Assembly: GCF_035285525.1 (NCBI RefSeq) | Contig: NZ_JAYKGW010000011.1 | Location: 1-23,291, forward strand | Direction: 5' to 3' | Source: Okeania sp. | Lineage (GTDB): Bacteria; Cyanobacteriota; Cyanobacteriia; Cyanobacteriales; Microcoleaceae | Length of the DNA: 23,291 nt | In this document: piece after piece, positions 1-8,537 of the stretch | Position numbering within the stretch: the first letter of the stretch is position 1 | Layout of the letters: each line of letters begins with the position of its first letter | Translations under genes and position numbers: made by a program | Notes under the pieces: generated by a model | Told to the model about the DNA's origin: nothing | Database searches by the model: none | Seen by the model: only the letters and a program-made list of their open reading frames with translations

Positions 1-248
1 TTTATGACTAAATAAGTTTTTTCATTAGGTTGAATATAAAGTTTATTTAGAGCTTTTTTTCTAATTATTGATTTAGGCTTTTTTTGTGGTTCAGACTCGA
101 TTAAATCTGTGGCATTTGTAGAAATTCCTGGTTGATTTTGGATCGGAGTAGAGCCATGAACTTTTTGTTGTGTATAATTGAGGAAAATGACTATTCCTAA
201 ACTTAAAAATATTAGTCTGTGTAAATTACTAAAATTGAGATAAAACAT
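1..248 (-). CDS. Hypothetical protein, N-terminal 82 codons only (ORF runs off the left window edge); probable N-terminal membrane anchor
   Basis: ATG at 248-246 on the minus strand opens a stop-free 82-codon frame to position 1: MFYLNFSNLHRLIFLSLGIVIFLNYTQQKVHGSTPIQNQPG... It has a hydrophobic stretch, LIFLSLGIVIFL. It is absent from the ORF track because no stop lies inside the window. No family recognised. Confidence 0.35.
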   Translation of the reverse strand, partial: MFYLNFSNLHRLIFLSLGIVIFLNYTQQKVHGSTPIQNQPGISTNATDLIESEPQKKPKSIIRKKALNKLYIQPNEKTYLVI

Positions 249-393
249 GATTAATAATTAATAATGGATAATTCATAATTCATAACCTATTGGTAGTGGA
301 TTGTTTCACCTGAAATAGTGCAATAACTGTAGGTTGGGTTTCGTCCCTCAACCCAACAATTTCATCTAAGAGCAAATGTTTCTAAATTATCTT

Positions 394-434
394 CCCTCCT
401 AACTTCCCCTCCTGGGAGGGGTTAGGGGTGGGTT
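394..434. repeat. GC-rich imperfect hairpin repeat (ccctcctaacttcccctcctgggaggggttaggggtgggtt)
   Basis: Core stem cccctcc/ggagggg. An inverted copy lies at 10936-10976 and a related hairpin at about 6460-6505. Confidence 0.6.
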
Positions 435-436
435 AG

Positions 437-456
437 TTATTTATTTATTTATTTAT
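437..456. repeat. Tetranucleotide microsatellite (TTAT)x5
   Basis: Five perfect TTAT units read directly. Confidence 0.85.
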
Positions 457-806
457 AACAGCCTAACTATATATATCGTTGCCCAGAGTAAAAAAGTATG
501 CAATTTTTGGAAAAAAAAAGGTCATCTGAGGACTGCGAAATAAGTAAAAATAAAATAAGTGGTGTCACCCCTCTTGGCAAAATACACTCTCGTCAGCTAG
601 TATATATACTGATTTTAGACATCAGAATCCTGAAAAATTTTATACATCATTTTTCGGCTTAATCGGGATTTACGCAGAACGAGCATTTTTTGTAGGGGCA
701 AATGCCACTTGCCCCCTAGTAGGTAGGGTATTATTTCAGAATTTGCGTAAGTCCTGATGAATCAAGCTGGTGTCAACAAATTAGTAACTATCAGATTAGG
801 TGCAAA

Positions 807-3800
807 ATGAAAAATCAAATTCTAGTTTTTATTGATGCTGGAGTGGACAAATATCATCAATTATTTGATGGTGTGGTAGCGGGGGCTACACCATTTATTG
901 TTGATACTGCCACTGATGGTATCGAACAAATAGACGAAATTTTACAACAATATTCAGGACAGAAAACCGTTCATATTATTTCCCACGGTGCCCCTGGTTG
1001 TCTTTACCTAGGGAATAGTCAATTGAGTTTGGGTACTCTTAAACAGTACGCTCCTCTACTCGAAGGGTGGGATATTGATAGTCTGTTGCTTTATGGTTGT
1101 CATGTTGCTGCGGGGGATGCTGGTGAGGAGTTTGTCAGTAAGTTGCAAGGTGTGACTGGTGCAAATATTGCTGCTTCTCAGTCTCTGACAGGGGCGGCGG
1201 TTCAAGGTGGTAACTGGGAGTTGGAGGTAAGTACGGGTAAGGTTGAGGTTGCGACGGCGCTGCGAATAGAGGTGATGGGGACTTATAGTGGTGTCTTTGA
1301 TTGGCGAGTCGAATTTGCCCAAGATGCTGACCTTGGGTACAGGGACTTATTCATACATAACAATGGCGATCTGTGGGGAATAGGAAGGTTCTATAGGAAC
1401 ATAGACATTGACGGAGACGGCAATAATGACGTGATCGCTAATGGCACTACCTACTTAGTCAAGTTTGAGGTCGATGGGAGCTTGGATTTTGCCTATGCTG
1501 TCGGCCTTAATAGTAATAATGATGTAAATGATAGGATAGCCATTGATGACGAGGGTAATGTTTGGGTAACAGGATATTTCCAACACACGATGGATATCGA
1601 CCAAGATGGGGAAGTTGATTTGACCTCTGTTACTAGAGACTCCGATAGCTATGTCATCGGGTTCAGTAGCGATGGCGAATTGCTGTCAGCCAAAGGCATC
1701 GGTAGCAGTGGTATTGACTATAGCACGGGCATAGTTACCGACAGCAATGGTAATGTGTTTGCTACAGGAAGATACCAGGGAAACATTGACATTGACGGGG
1801 ACGGCAATAATGATTTGACCAGTGATGGCAGCCAAGAGGTTTATGTAATCAAATTCGATAGCGCAGGCAAGTTTCTGTATGCCCAAAGTATTGCTGATGG
1901 TTATAGTTACAGCCTCTCTAGTTCTGATAACGATCAATACAATCTATTCACTGACAGGGATGGTAATGCCTTGGTCACAGGAATATTCAAGGGTAACATC
2001 GACATTGACGGAGATGGCAAGGATGATTTGACAAGTAGCAGCGATGGCGATTCTGATATCTATGTAGTCAAATTTGACATTGATGGTGACTTGCTGTCTA
2101 GCCAAAGTATCGGTGGTAGCAGTAATGATTCTATAGACAACACAACCGCTGATAACAATGGTAATTTGTTCATTGAAGGATCGTTTCCTGGCAACATCGA
2201 TGTCGATGGAGACGGCAATAATGATTTTATCAGCAGCGACAGCTCTAAATACCTAGTCAAACTTGACAATAATAGCAACTTCCTGTATGCCCTAAATCTG
2301 CCTAGTGCCTATGATGATATAGCTATCGATATCAATGGTAATGTCTGGGTTAGAGGAAGTTACGAGGGTAGCATTGACATCGACAGAGATGGTGAGGATG
2401 ATTTGATCAGTAATGGCTATATAGATGGCTATCTAGCTAAGTTCAACAGTAATGGCACGTTAGCGTTTACCTACAGTATCGGTGGTAGCTATAACGATGA
2501 CTCTATATATGACATGGTACTCGACGTTGATGGCAATCTGTGGGCTACAGGAAGATTTTGGGGCAGTATGGATATCGACGGAGATGGCAACAACGATTTG
2601 AGCAGCAATGACTATGATAGCTATGTAATCAACTTAGACACTAATGGGAACTTGCTGTTTGCCCAAAGCCACGAGCAGATAAGTGTAAGAGACATGGTTA
2701 CTGATGCCAATGGTAATCTATTGATGGCCGGAAGTTTCCAGGAGAGCATCGACATTGACGGAGATGGTAGCAATGATTTAACCAGTAATGAAGGTTCTGA
2801 TGGCTATTTATTTCAGTTAGATAGTAATGGCGACTTGCAATTTGCCCAGAGTATCGGCGGCAGCAAGAACACTCCTGGTGGCGTTAGCTCAGGCGATTAT
2901 ACTAACAAAACATTCACCAACAGCAATGGTAGTGTATGGGTACACGGGTATGTTAATTGGAGGGGTTACATCGAGGTAAACGGCAACAATCATTTGCTCG
3001 ATGGTACTTATATAGTTAAATTATCTGAGGGAGATGATTCCTCTCCACCTAATTCCTCGCCTACTGATATTAATCTGAGCAATAACAGGATCAATGAAAA
3101 TGTAGCAGCCAATACAGTAGTCGGTACATTGTCAAGTGTTGACCCCGATGCAGGAGATACCTTTACTTACACATTAGTAGCAGGTACGGGAGACACTGAT
3201 AACTCAGCTTTCACCATCTATGGCAACCAACTGAAAATCAAAAATTCTCCCGACTATGAAAGTAAGTCTAGTTACACCATCCGAGTTCAGACTACTGATG
3301 CAGAGGGGGCAAGTTATCAAGAGCAGCTAACCATTAATGTGAAGGATGTCAATGATACACCAGAAAATTCTGCTCCTACCGACATCAAACTCAGCAATAA
3401 AAGAATAAATGAAAATGTAGCAGCCAACACAGTAGTCGGTACATTCTCAACTGTTGACCCCGATACAGGAGATACTTTTACTTACGCATTAGTAACAGGT
3501 GCGGGAGATACTGATAACTCAGCTTTCAGCATCTATGGCAACAAACTGAAAATCAAGAGTTCTCCTGATTATGGAAGTAAGTCTAGTTACAATATCCGAG
3601 TTCGGACTACTGATGAAGCAGGAGCTAGTTATCAAGAGCAGTTGACTATTAACATAAATGATATCAATGAACCTCCCAAAGATACTGAAAAGGAACCACT
3701 TCCTGGCGAACCATTCCGTTTTGATTTTAATCAAGATGGAGTAGCAGACATTTTCTGGCGTCAGAAAAATGGAGACAACCAAATTTGGTTGATGAGCGAT

Positions 3801-4604
3801 GAGGGCACATGGGAGAGTGCTATTAATCTGGGAAAACTAAACAAGAAATGGAATGTATCTGGAGTTGAGGATTTTAATCGCGATGGAGTACCAGACATAT
3901 TGTGGCGTCATTCCAATGGAAATAACAAAATTTGGCTCATGGATGACAACGGTAAGTTAGATAGAAGTGTAAACCCTGGAAAGCTAAACAAGAAATGGGA
4001 TGTAGCTGGAGTTGATGATTTTAATGGCGATGGAGTAGCAGATATTCTCTGGCATCATCCAAATGGAGCCAACAAAATTTGGTTGATGGATGACGAGGGC
4101 AAACGGAACAGCCAAGCTAACCCTGGAAAGGTAGATAAAGCATCAGGTATAGCTGGAGTTGGTGATTTTAATACTGATGGAGTAGCAGACATTCTCTGGC
4201 GTCATCCCAATGGAGATAACAGAATTTGGTTGATGGATGATGATGGCGACTGGGATAGTAGTATTAACCTGGGAAACATTGGCAAAAAATGGGATGTAGC
4301 TGGAGTTGGTGATTTTAATACCGACGGAGTACCAGACATCCTCTGGCGTCATTCAAATGGAGCCAAGCAAATTTGGTTTATGGATGATGAAGGGAGATTT
4401 GACAGTAGTGTTAATCTGAAAAAACTGAACAAGAAATGGGATGTAGCCGGAATTGATGATTTTAGTGGCGACGGAGTACCAGACATCCTCTGGCGTCATT
4501 CAAATGGAGCCAACCAAATTTGGTTTATGGATGACGAAGGGAGATTTGAAAGTAGTGTTAACCCAGGAAGTTTAGGTAGAAGTTGGAATATAGCTGGAAT
4601 ATAA
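807..4604 (+). CDS. Giant modular extracellular-type protein: DUF4347 N-terminal domain, 8-9 SBBP-like beta-propeller repeats with DxDGDG loops, 2 cadherin-like domains, 6 FG-GAP/VCBS-like blades
   Basis: 1265-aa ORF. The N-terminus matches the DUF4347 pattern (ILVFIDAGV...HIISHGAPGCLYLGNSQLSL...LLLYGCHVAAGDAGEEFVSKLQGVTGANIAASQSLTG...GGNWELE). Repeated D..GNVWVTG.F.G.IDIDGDGNNDLTS...YV.KFD..G.L..AQSIGG units look like SBBP repeats. Two 105-aa units have cadherin-like features (INENVAANTVVGT...VDPD.GDTFTY.LV...DN..F.I.GN.L...DYE....Y.I.V.TTD..G...E..L.I.V.DVND). Six DFN.DGV.DILWRH.NG.N.IW.MDD.G units look like FG-GAP/VCBS blades. Confidence 0.85.
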   Translation: MKNQILVFIDAGVDKYHQLFDGVVAGATPFIVDTATDGIEQIDEILQQYSGQKTVHIISHGAPGCLYLGNSQLSLGTLKQYAPLLEGWDIDSLLLYGCHVAAGDAGEEFVSKLQGVTGANIAASQSLTGAAVQGGNWELEVSTGKVEVATALRIEVMGTYSGVFDWRVEFAQDADLGYRDLFIHNNGDLWGIGRFYRNIDIDGDGNNDVIANGTTYLVKFEVDGSLDFAYAVGLNSNNDVNDRIAIDDEGNVWVTGYFQHTMDIDQDGEVDLTSVTRDSDSYVIGFSSDGELLSAKGIGSSGIDYSTGIVTDSNGNVFATGRYQGNIDIDGDGNNDLTSDGSQEVYVIKFDSAGKFLYAQSIADGYSYSLSSSDNDQYNLFTDRDGNALVTGIFKGNIDIDGDGKDDLTSSSDGDSDIYVVKFDIDGDLLSSQSIGGSSNDSIDNTTADNNGNLFIEGSFPGNIDVDGDGNNDFISSDSSKYLVKLDNNSNFLYALNLPSAYDDIAIDINGNVWVRGSYEGSIDIDRDGEDDLISNGYIDGYLAKFNSNGTLAFTYSIGGSYNDDSIYDMVLDVDGNLWATGRFWGSMDIDGDGNNDLSSNDYDSYVINLDTNGNLLFAQSHEQISVRDMVTDANGNLLMAGSFQESIDIDGDGSNDLTSNEGSDGYLFQLDSNGDLQFAQSIGGSKNTPGGVSSGDYTNKTFTNSNGSVWVHGYVNWRGYIEVNGNNHLLDGTYIVKLSEGDDSSPPNSSPTDINLSNNRINENVAANTVVGTLSSVDPDAGDTFTYTLVAGTGDTDNSAFTIYGNQLKIKNSPDYESKSSYTIRVQTTDAEGASYQEQLTINVKDVNDTPENSAPTDIKLSNKRINENVAANTVVGTFSTVDPDTGDTFTYALVTGAGDTDNSAFSIYGNKLKIKSSPDYGSKSSYNIRVRTTDEAGASYQEQLTININDINEPPKDTEKEPLPGEPFRFDFNQDGVADIFWRQKNGDNQIWLMSDEGTWESAINLGKLNKKWNVSGVEDFNRDGVPDILWRHSNGNNKIWLMDDNGKLDRSVNPGKLNKKWDVAGVDDFNGDGVADILWHHPNGANKIWLMDDEGKRNSQANPGKVDKASGIAGVGDFNTDGVADILWRHPNGDNRIWLMDDDGDWDSSINLGNIGKKWDVAGVGDFNTDGVPDILWRHSNGAKQIWFMDDEGRFDSSVNLKKLNKKWDVAGIDDFSGDGVPDILWRHSNGANQIWFMDDEGRFESSVNPGSLGRSWNIAGI
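1320..3020 (+). repeat. Intragenic array of ~58-60-codon SBBP-like repeats (8 clear units plus 1 degenerate); boundaries approximate
   Basis: The I/MD(I/V)D.DG..D motif recurs 8 times in the translation at roughly 58-60-aa spacing. A ninth unit is degenerate (YIEVNGNNHLLDG). Confidence 0.6.
3051..3680 (+). repeat. Tandem duplication of a 315-nt (105-codon) cadherin-like module
   Basis: The unit starting aattcctcgcctact at 3051 recurs as aattctgctcctacc at 3366. The two align colinearly, at roughly 85 percent nucleotide identity by eye. Confidence 0.85.
3723..4601 (+). repeat. Six tandem 147-nt (49-codon) FG-GAP/VCBS-like units
   Basis: GAT TTT (A/T)(A/G)T unit starts at 3723, 3870, 4017, 4164, 4311 and 4458, an exact 147-nt period. 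The last two units are nearly identical at the DNA level. Confidence 0.85.
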
Positions 4605-4634
4605 TATCAGCTCCGCTTGGTATTTACCCATAAC

Positions 4635-4713
4635 GTAGGGACGTTTTGCTGCGCAACATGTTTGCGGAGCATTCCGGAACGGAAAACGCATTTTTGTTAT
4701 GCAACGTCCCTAC
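4635..4713. repeat. Long palindromic repeat of the GTAGGGACGTT...AACGTCCCTAC family, just downstream of the giant gene
   Basis: Arms gtagggacgtt (4635-4645) and aacgtccctac (4703-4713). Positions 4687-4713 are a perfect 27-nt inverted copy of 12918-12944. Confidence 0.75.
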
Positions 4714-4738
4714 AGGTTTTTCGTAGCAACATAATCTA

Positions 4739-5959
4739 CTAAATAGAATTTAAAACCTCCAACACTGACTTAGGTGATAACTTATCCTTAAACCAAACAA
4801 TAGGAACAGGTACATCCTTAATTTTTACCCCCGCTTTTTCCAAGTTTAATCGTTCCGAAACCGCCAATATTAAATTATCACATTCAGCACTGCGCACCTG
4901 AGCAAATTTCTTTCTTAAATATTCTGGTCGCCAATATCCCACAATTTCCAATAAATACGATTCTCCATTAGGATGCACCAGTCGAAAATCAGGAATCATT
5001 ACACTACCAGGAATCGGTATTAAATCAACTTCTCTTTCTAATTTCCACTCAGTTTTTAACTTACCCCAACGTTCGGCAAAAGATGCCTCCAACATACTAT
5101 CATAAGGCTTGCCTGGTGGATAATGACTAACCAAACCACAATCAGAAGTCAGACTAAATCTCCCGGTTTTCCAAGCACCAGTAAAAGGGTCGCGATTTTG
5201 TAAAGTAGCGTGTAAACTCCATTTAGTAACATGCAACAATGCAGGCAACATTTTGGCTAATGCTAAACCATAACGAGTGCTAGGTTTAAATAAACTATAA
5301 GGACCGTCTATTGTGAGGGTAAAACCTTGGTCAGCATCTCCTTCTATATAAGTCATTAATTGAAACAATTTCACATATCTAAATAACAGTTTATATTCTC
5401 CCGGATCGTTGCGATGAGCATTTAATTGAATATGACTAGCTTTATAAAAAATACCTTGAACTTGAGAGAGGTTATATCTATGTAATAATGCTTCTGATTT
5501 AGGAGCATCAAACTGAGTTAAAATTCGATTTTCTTGTAAGTCTGCATAGAGACCTTTTTGAATTTCATTAGGTACAACTTCTCGGTTTAATTCCTGACTT
5601 AATTTAGTTGCTAAATTCTCTAAAATTAATGCAGTTGATTTAATACTAGGAACAACTTCCGCAGCAGCAGAAAAAACCCGATTTCTTAATTCTATTGGTT
5701 CCAGAGGACTAATAATTTCAAAAGTAGAAAAACTGCCTCGGAGAATATGTGCTAAACCTCTTTTAAAACGATAGTTAGGGTCATATCCTTCAATTTCTTG
5801 TAAACGTTTATCCAGTTCTCCTTGAGTTTTTCCCAAAGTTTCTTGGAAACAATTAATCATTTCTGTGGCAATAGTTAAATTTTTAGTATCTAGTTTCAAT
5901 TTTTGAGGAATAATTGTTTCTCCAGTTTGACGATGAGAAAGTAAATCAGTTGGCAACAT
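4739..5959 (-). CDS. DUF790 family protein (Bax1-like PD-(D/E)xK endonuclease)
   Basis: 406-aa ORF with an ATG start. The N-terminus is typical of the family (MLPTDLL..R..GE.I.P..L). The C-terminal nuclease-like core is IPDFRLVHPNGESYLLEIVGYWRPEYLRKK, which I recognise as the DUF790 hallmark (PDF...EIVGFW.PEYL). Confidence 0.75.
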   Translation of the reverse strand: MLPTDLLSHRQTGETIIPQKLKLDTKNLTIATEMINCFQETLGKTQGELDKRLQEIEGYDPNYRFKRGLAHILRGSFSTFEIISPLEPIELRNRVFSAAAEVVPSIKSTALILENLATKLSQELNREVVPNEIQKGLYADLQENRILTQFDAPKSEALLHRYNLSQVQGIFYKASHIQLNAHRNDPGEYKLLFRYVKLFQLMTYIEGDADQGFTLTIDGPYSLFKPSTRYGLALAKMLPALLHVTKWSLHATLQNRDPFTGAWKTGRFSLTSDCGLVSHYPPGKPYDSMLEASFAERWGKLKTEWKLEREVDLIPIPGSVMIPDFRLVHPNGESYLLEIVGYWRPEYLRKKFAQVRSAECDNLILAVSERLNLEKAGVKIKDVPVPIVWFKDKLSPKSVLEVLNSI

Positions 5960-5973
5960 AATTTATGATCTTA

Positions 5974-6015
5974 GGGAGTAGGGAGTAGGGAGTAGGGAGT
6001 AGGGGAGTGGGGGAG
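5974..6015. repeat. STRR heptamer array (GGGAGTA)x4 plus a degenerate G-rich tail
   Basis: Perfect units at 5974, 5981, 5988 and 5995, then ggggagtgggggag. The array begins 14 nt upstream of the minus-strand DUF790 ATG. Confidence 0.9.
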
Positions 6016-6282
6016 ATTGAAATAATTATAGAATTAACACATACCATATAACCGGATTCTATATTACGCAGAAACCGGGTTTCTATGCCGAAATTTCCTG
6101 GTTTGAACAACAATATTATGACAATATCGGTTTCTTGGTTGGGGAGTGCGTAAGTCCGAACCAACATTAGTTTATAATACATGACTTACGCAAAGGTACT
6201 ATGTATAGAGTTATAGCAACGGACAAGGCGATTAGGACATGGAATGATGATGAATCAAAGACCACGGAAAGACTTTTCCAAC

Positions 6283-6317
6283 TGTTCTCTGTTCCCTGTT
6301 CCCTGTTCCCTGTTCCC
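6283..6317. repeat. STRR heptamer array (TGTTCCC): 1 degenerate plus 4 perfect units
   Basis: tgttctc at 6283, then tgttccc at 6290, 6297, 6304 and 6311. Confidence 0.9.
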
Positions 6318-6620
6318 TGCTATAAAAAACTATTGCGCAATAGTTTTGGACGCTACATATAGCGTCTATGCGTAAGTTGTAATACTTACCCATGAACACT
6401 ATTGGTAGTGCCATACCAAGAAGAAAATTGTGGATTAGGAGTGAGCAACTAGGGAAGACCTCTCCCCCAACTCCTCTCCTGTAAGGAGAGGGGAGTAGGG
6501 GAGAAACATTTTTGTAACCTACAGCTATTGCACCATTTAAGGTGAAACAATGCAGTAGTTGACTGTTTCATCTAAAACTGTGCAGAGCGATTTTCTCTCT
6601 TGCTTCCTTATCTTCCTTTT

Positions 6621-6695
6621 CCCTACTCCCTACTCCCTACTCCCTACTCCCTACTCCCTACTCCCTACTCCCTACTCCCTACTCCCTACTCCCTA
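6621..6695. repeat. STRR heptamer array (CCCTACT)x10 plus a partial unit, ending 2 nt before the TpsB start codon
   Basis: Ten perfect 7-nt units from 6621 to 6690, then cccta. The ATG is at 6698. The unit is the reverse complement and cyclic permutation of the 5974-6001 array. Confidence 0.95.
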
Positions 6696-6697
6696 AA

Positions 6698-8386
6698 ATG
6701 AACATGGTTGTCTGGATAATCATCCTAATTTTTTTTTCCTATTTTTATGCTTCTCAACCTGCTATTGCTCAAACAAATCCTAGACCAATTAACCCTAATC
6801 CTCAACCTTTACCAGAAATAAAACTTTTACCACCACCAGATGATTTACTTCAACCACCACCAATACAACCTCCTTCCCGTAAAACCCCTATTCTAGAAAT
6901 TCCCGATCAAATCATTGTCACCCAATTTGCCTTTGTTGGTAATACAGTTTTTAGTTCAAAAGCATTAGCAAAAGCCCTGAAACATTTAACAAATAAACCC
7001 ATTTCTTTTACCGAACTACTTGAAGCACAAATAATAGTAACTAAGCTATATTTTAATAAAGGATTTATTACCTCTGGAGCTTTTATTCCACCACAAACTT
7101 TACAAAATGATACTATTATTATTCAAGTCATTGAAGGAGAAGTCGAAGAGATGGAAATTTATGGTTTAAAACGACTTAATTCTCATTATATTCGCAGTCG
7201 TCTGGAAACAGGTATTCAAACACCTTTAAACCAAAATAAATTATTTGAAAAATTACAATTATTACAACTCGATCCTTTAATTGCTAGACTATCTGCTAAC
7301 TTAACCGCAGGAACTCGTCCTGGTTTAAGTAAATTAGAAATAGAAATAGAAGAAGCACCAGCCTTTTCAGCTCAACTTTCTGCTGATAATTTACGTTCTC
7401 CTAGTGTAGGTACTGTTCGTCTTCAAGCTACAATTTATCATCATAACTTGACTGGGTTAGGCGATCGCTTTAACATTACTTATTATCGTACAGAAGGCAG
7501 TAATACCCTTAATGATTTGAGTTATACTATCCCCATTAATTCTCAAAATGGTACTATTAGTTTACGTCATCGTCGCACCAGTAGTGAAATTATTGAACAA
7601 CCTTTTAATGAACTAGATATTAACAGTAATTCTCATACTTATGAACTGAGTTTTCGCCAACCTATTTATCAAACTCCGAACACAGAAATTGCTTTAGGTT
7701 TAACAGGTTCTGTAGAACAATCAAAAACTACTCTTGCAGATAAACCTTTTCCCAGTTCTATGGGTGCAGAAGACGATGGAGAAGTTAATATTTCTGCACT
7801 CCGTTTTTTTCAGGAATATGCTTTTAGAAATACCAAAGAAGTATTTGTAGCCAGATCAGAATTTTCTTTCGGGGTAAATTTTTTAGATGCAACTGTTAAT
7901 AATCAAGCTCCAGATAGCAGGTATTTTTCTTGGCGAGGACAAGCACAATATTTACGTTTATTCGCACCAGAAACTGGATGGTTAATTAGGTCAGATATTC
8001 AGTTAGCTTCTCGAAAATTGTTTCCCCAAGAACAGTTTAGTTTAGGAGGTGGATTAAGTGTCCGAGGATATCGTCAAGATGCTTTAATTGCTGATAATGG
8101 TATTTTTATTTCTAGTGAATTTAGATTTCCTATTCTGCTAATAAAAAATTGGGATGCTACTTTACAATTAGCTCCTTTTATTGATTTTGGTACTGTTTGG
8201 AATAGTGATGAATTAGAATTAATTGAAGATACTTTATCTTCTGTAGGTTTGGGTTTAAAATTACAAGTTGGAACTCGTTTTTCAGCTCAATTAGATTGGG
8301 GGATTCCTTTGATTGATATAGATATTAATGAAGATACTTTACAGGAAGATGGTATATATTTTTATCTTAGATATAGAGCTTTTTAA
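6698..8386 (+). CDS. ShlB/FhaC/HecB-family two-partner-secretion outer-membrane transporter (TpsB, POTRA plus beta-barrel)
   Basis: 562-aa ORF. Signal peptide MNMVVWIIILIFFSYFYASQPAIAQ, then a proline-rich linker. POTRA-like segment IIVTQFAFVGNTVFSSKALAKAL...ITSGAFIPPQTL.NDTIIIQVIEGEVEEMEIYG. Alternating beta-strand C-terminal half ending in the aromatic residue typical of outer-membrane proteins (...YFYLRYRAF). Confidence 0.8.
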   Translation: MNMVVWIIILIFFSYFYASQPAIAQTNPRPINPNPQPLPEIKLLPPPDDLLQPPPIQPPSRKTPILEIPDQIIVTQFAFVGNTVFSSKALAKALKHLTNKPISFTELLEAQIIVTKLYFNKGFITSGAFIPPQTLQNDTIIIQVIEGEVEEMEIYGLKRLNSHYIRSRLETGIQTPLNQNKLFEKLQLLQLDPLIARLSANLTAGTRPGLSKLEIEIEEAPAFSAQLSADNLRSPSVGTVRLQATIYHHNLTGLGDRFNITYYRTEGSNTLNDLSYTIPINSQNGTISLRHRRTSSEIIEQPFNELDINSNSHTYELSFRQPIYQTPNTEIALGLTGSVEQSKTTLADKPFPSSMGAEDDGEVNISALRFFQEYAFRNTKEVFVARSEFSFGVNFLDATVNNQAPDSRYFSWRGQAQYLRLFAPETGWLIRSDIQLASRKLFPQEQFSLGGGLSVRGYRQDALIADNGIFISSEFRFPILLIKNWDATLQLAPFIDFGTVWNSDELELIEDTLSSVGLGLKLQVGTRFSAQLDWGIPLIDIDINEDTLQEDGIYFYLRYRAF

Positions 8387-8537
8387 AGAAATAAAGAAGG
8401 TAAGTATTCAGCTATTAGCATTTTGCTAGGTAAACATAATTTTTTGTTGAGTTAGGCAGTAGTAAGTAGTTAAAAAGTAAAGACTTTCCATGGAACATCT
8501 CTACAAAATTATTATTTTTGTATGTAAACCTTTAAAC

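Noticed and set aside
1056-4352. Minus-strand ORFs inside the giant gene (1056-1322, 1686-1937, 2060-2278, 3519-3782, 4143-4352).
   Set aside because: They are antisense to a strongly supported 1265-aa coding frame and have low-complexity translations with no motifs. They look like artefacts of the repetitive sense-strand sequence.
5946-6414. ORFs 5946-6182 (-) and 6232-6414 (-) in the DUF790/TpsB intergenic region.
   Set aside because: Their translations are read-through of heptamer arrays and dispersed repeats (for example PTPLLPTPYSLLP and REQGTGNREQ). They have no start context and no family resemblance.
6621-6695. Regular short repeat arrays (here and at 5974, 6283, 22317) considered as possible CRISPR arrays.
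   Set aside because: The units are 7 nt and directly tandem with no spacers. These are STRR heptamer arrays, not CRISPR. No cas genes are present.
807-8386. The giant DUF4347 protein as the TpsA cargo of the nearby TpsB transporter.
   Set aside because: The giant protein has no signal peptide and no TPS (haemagglutination-activity) domain. The two genes are separated by an oppositely oriented gene and 740 bp of repeats. Nothing in the sequence supports a two-partner pair.
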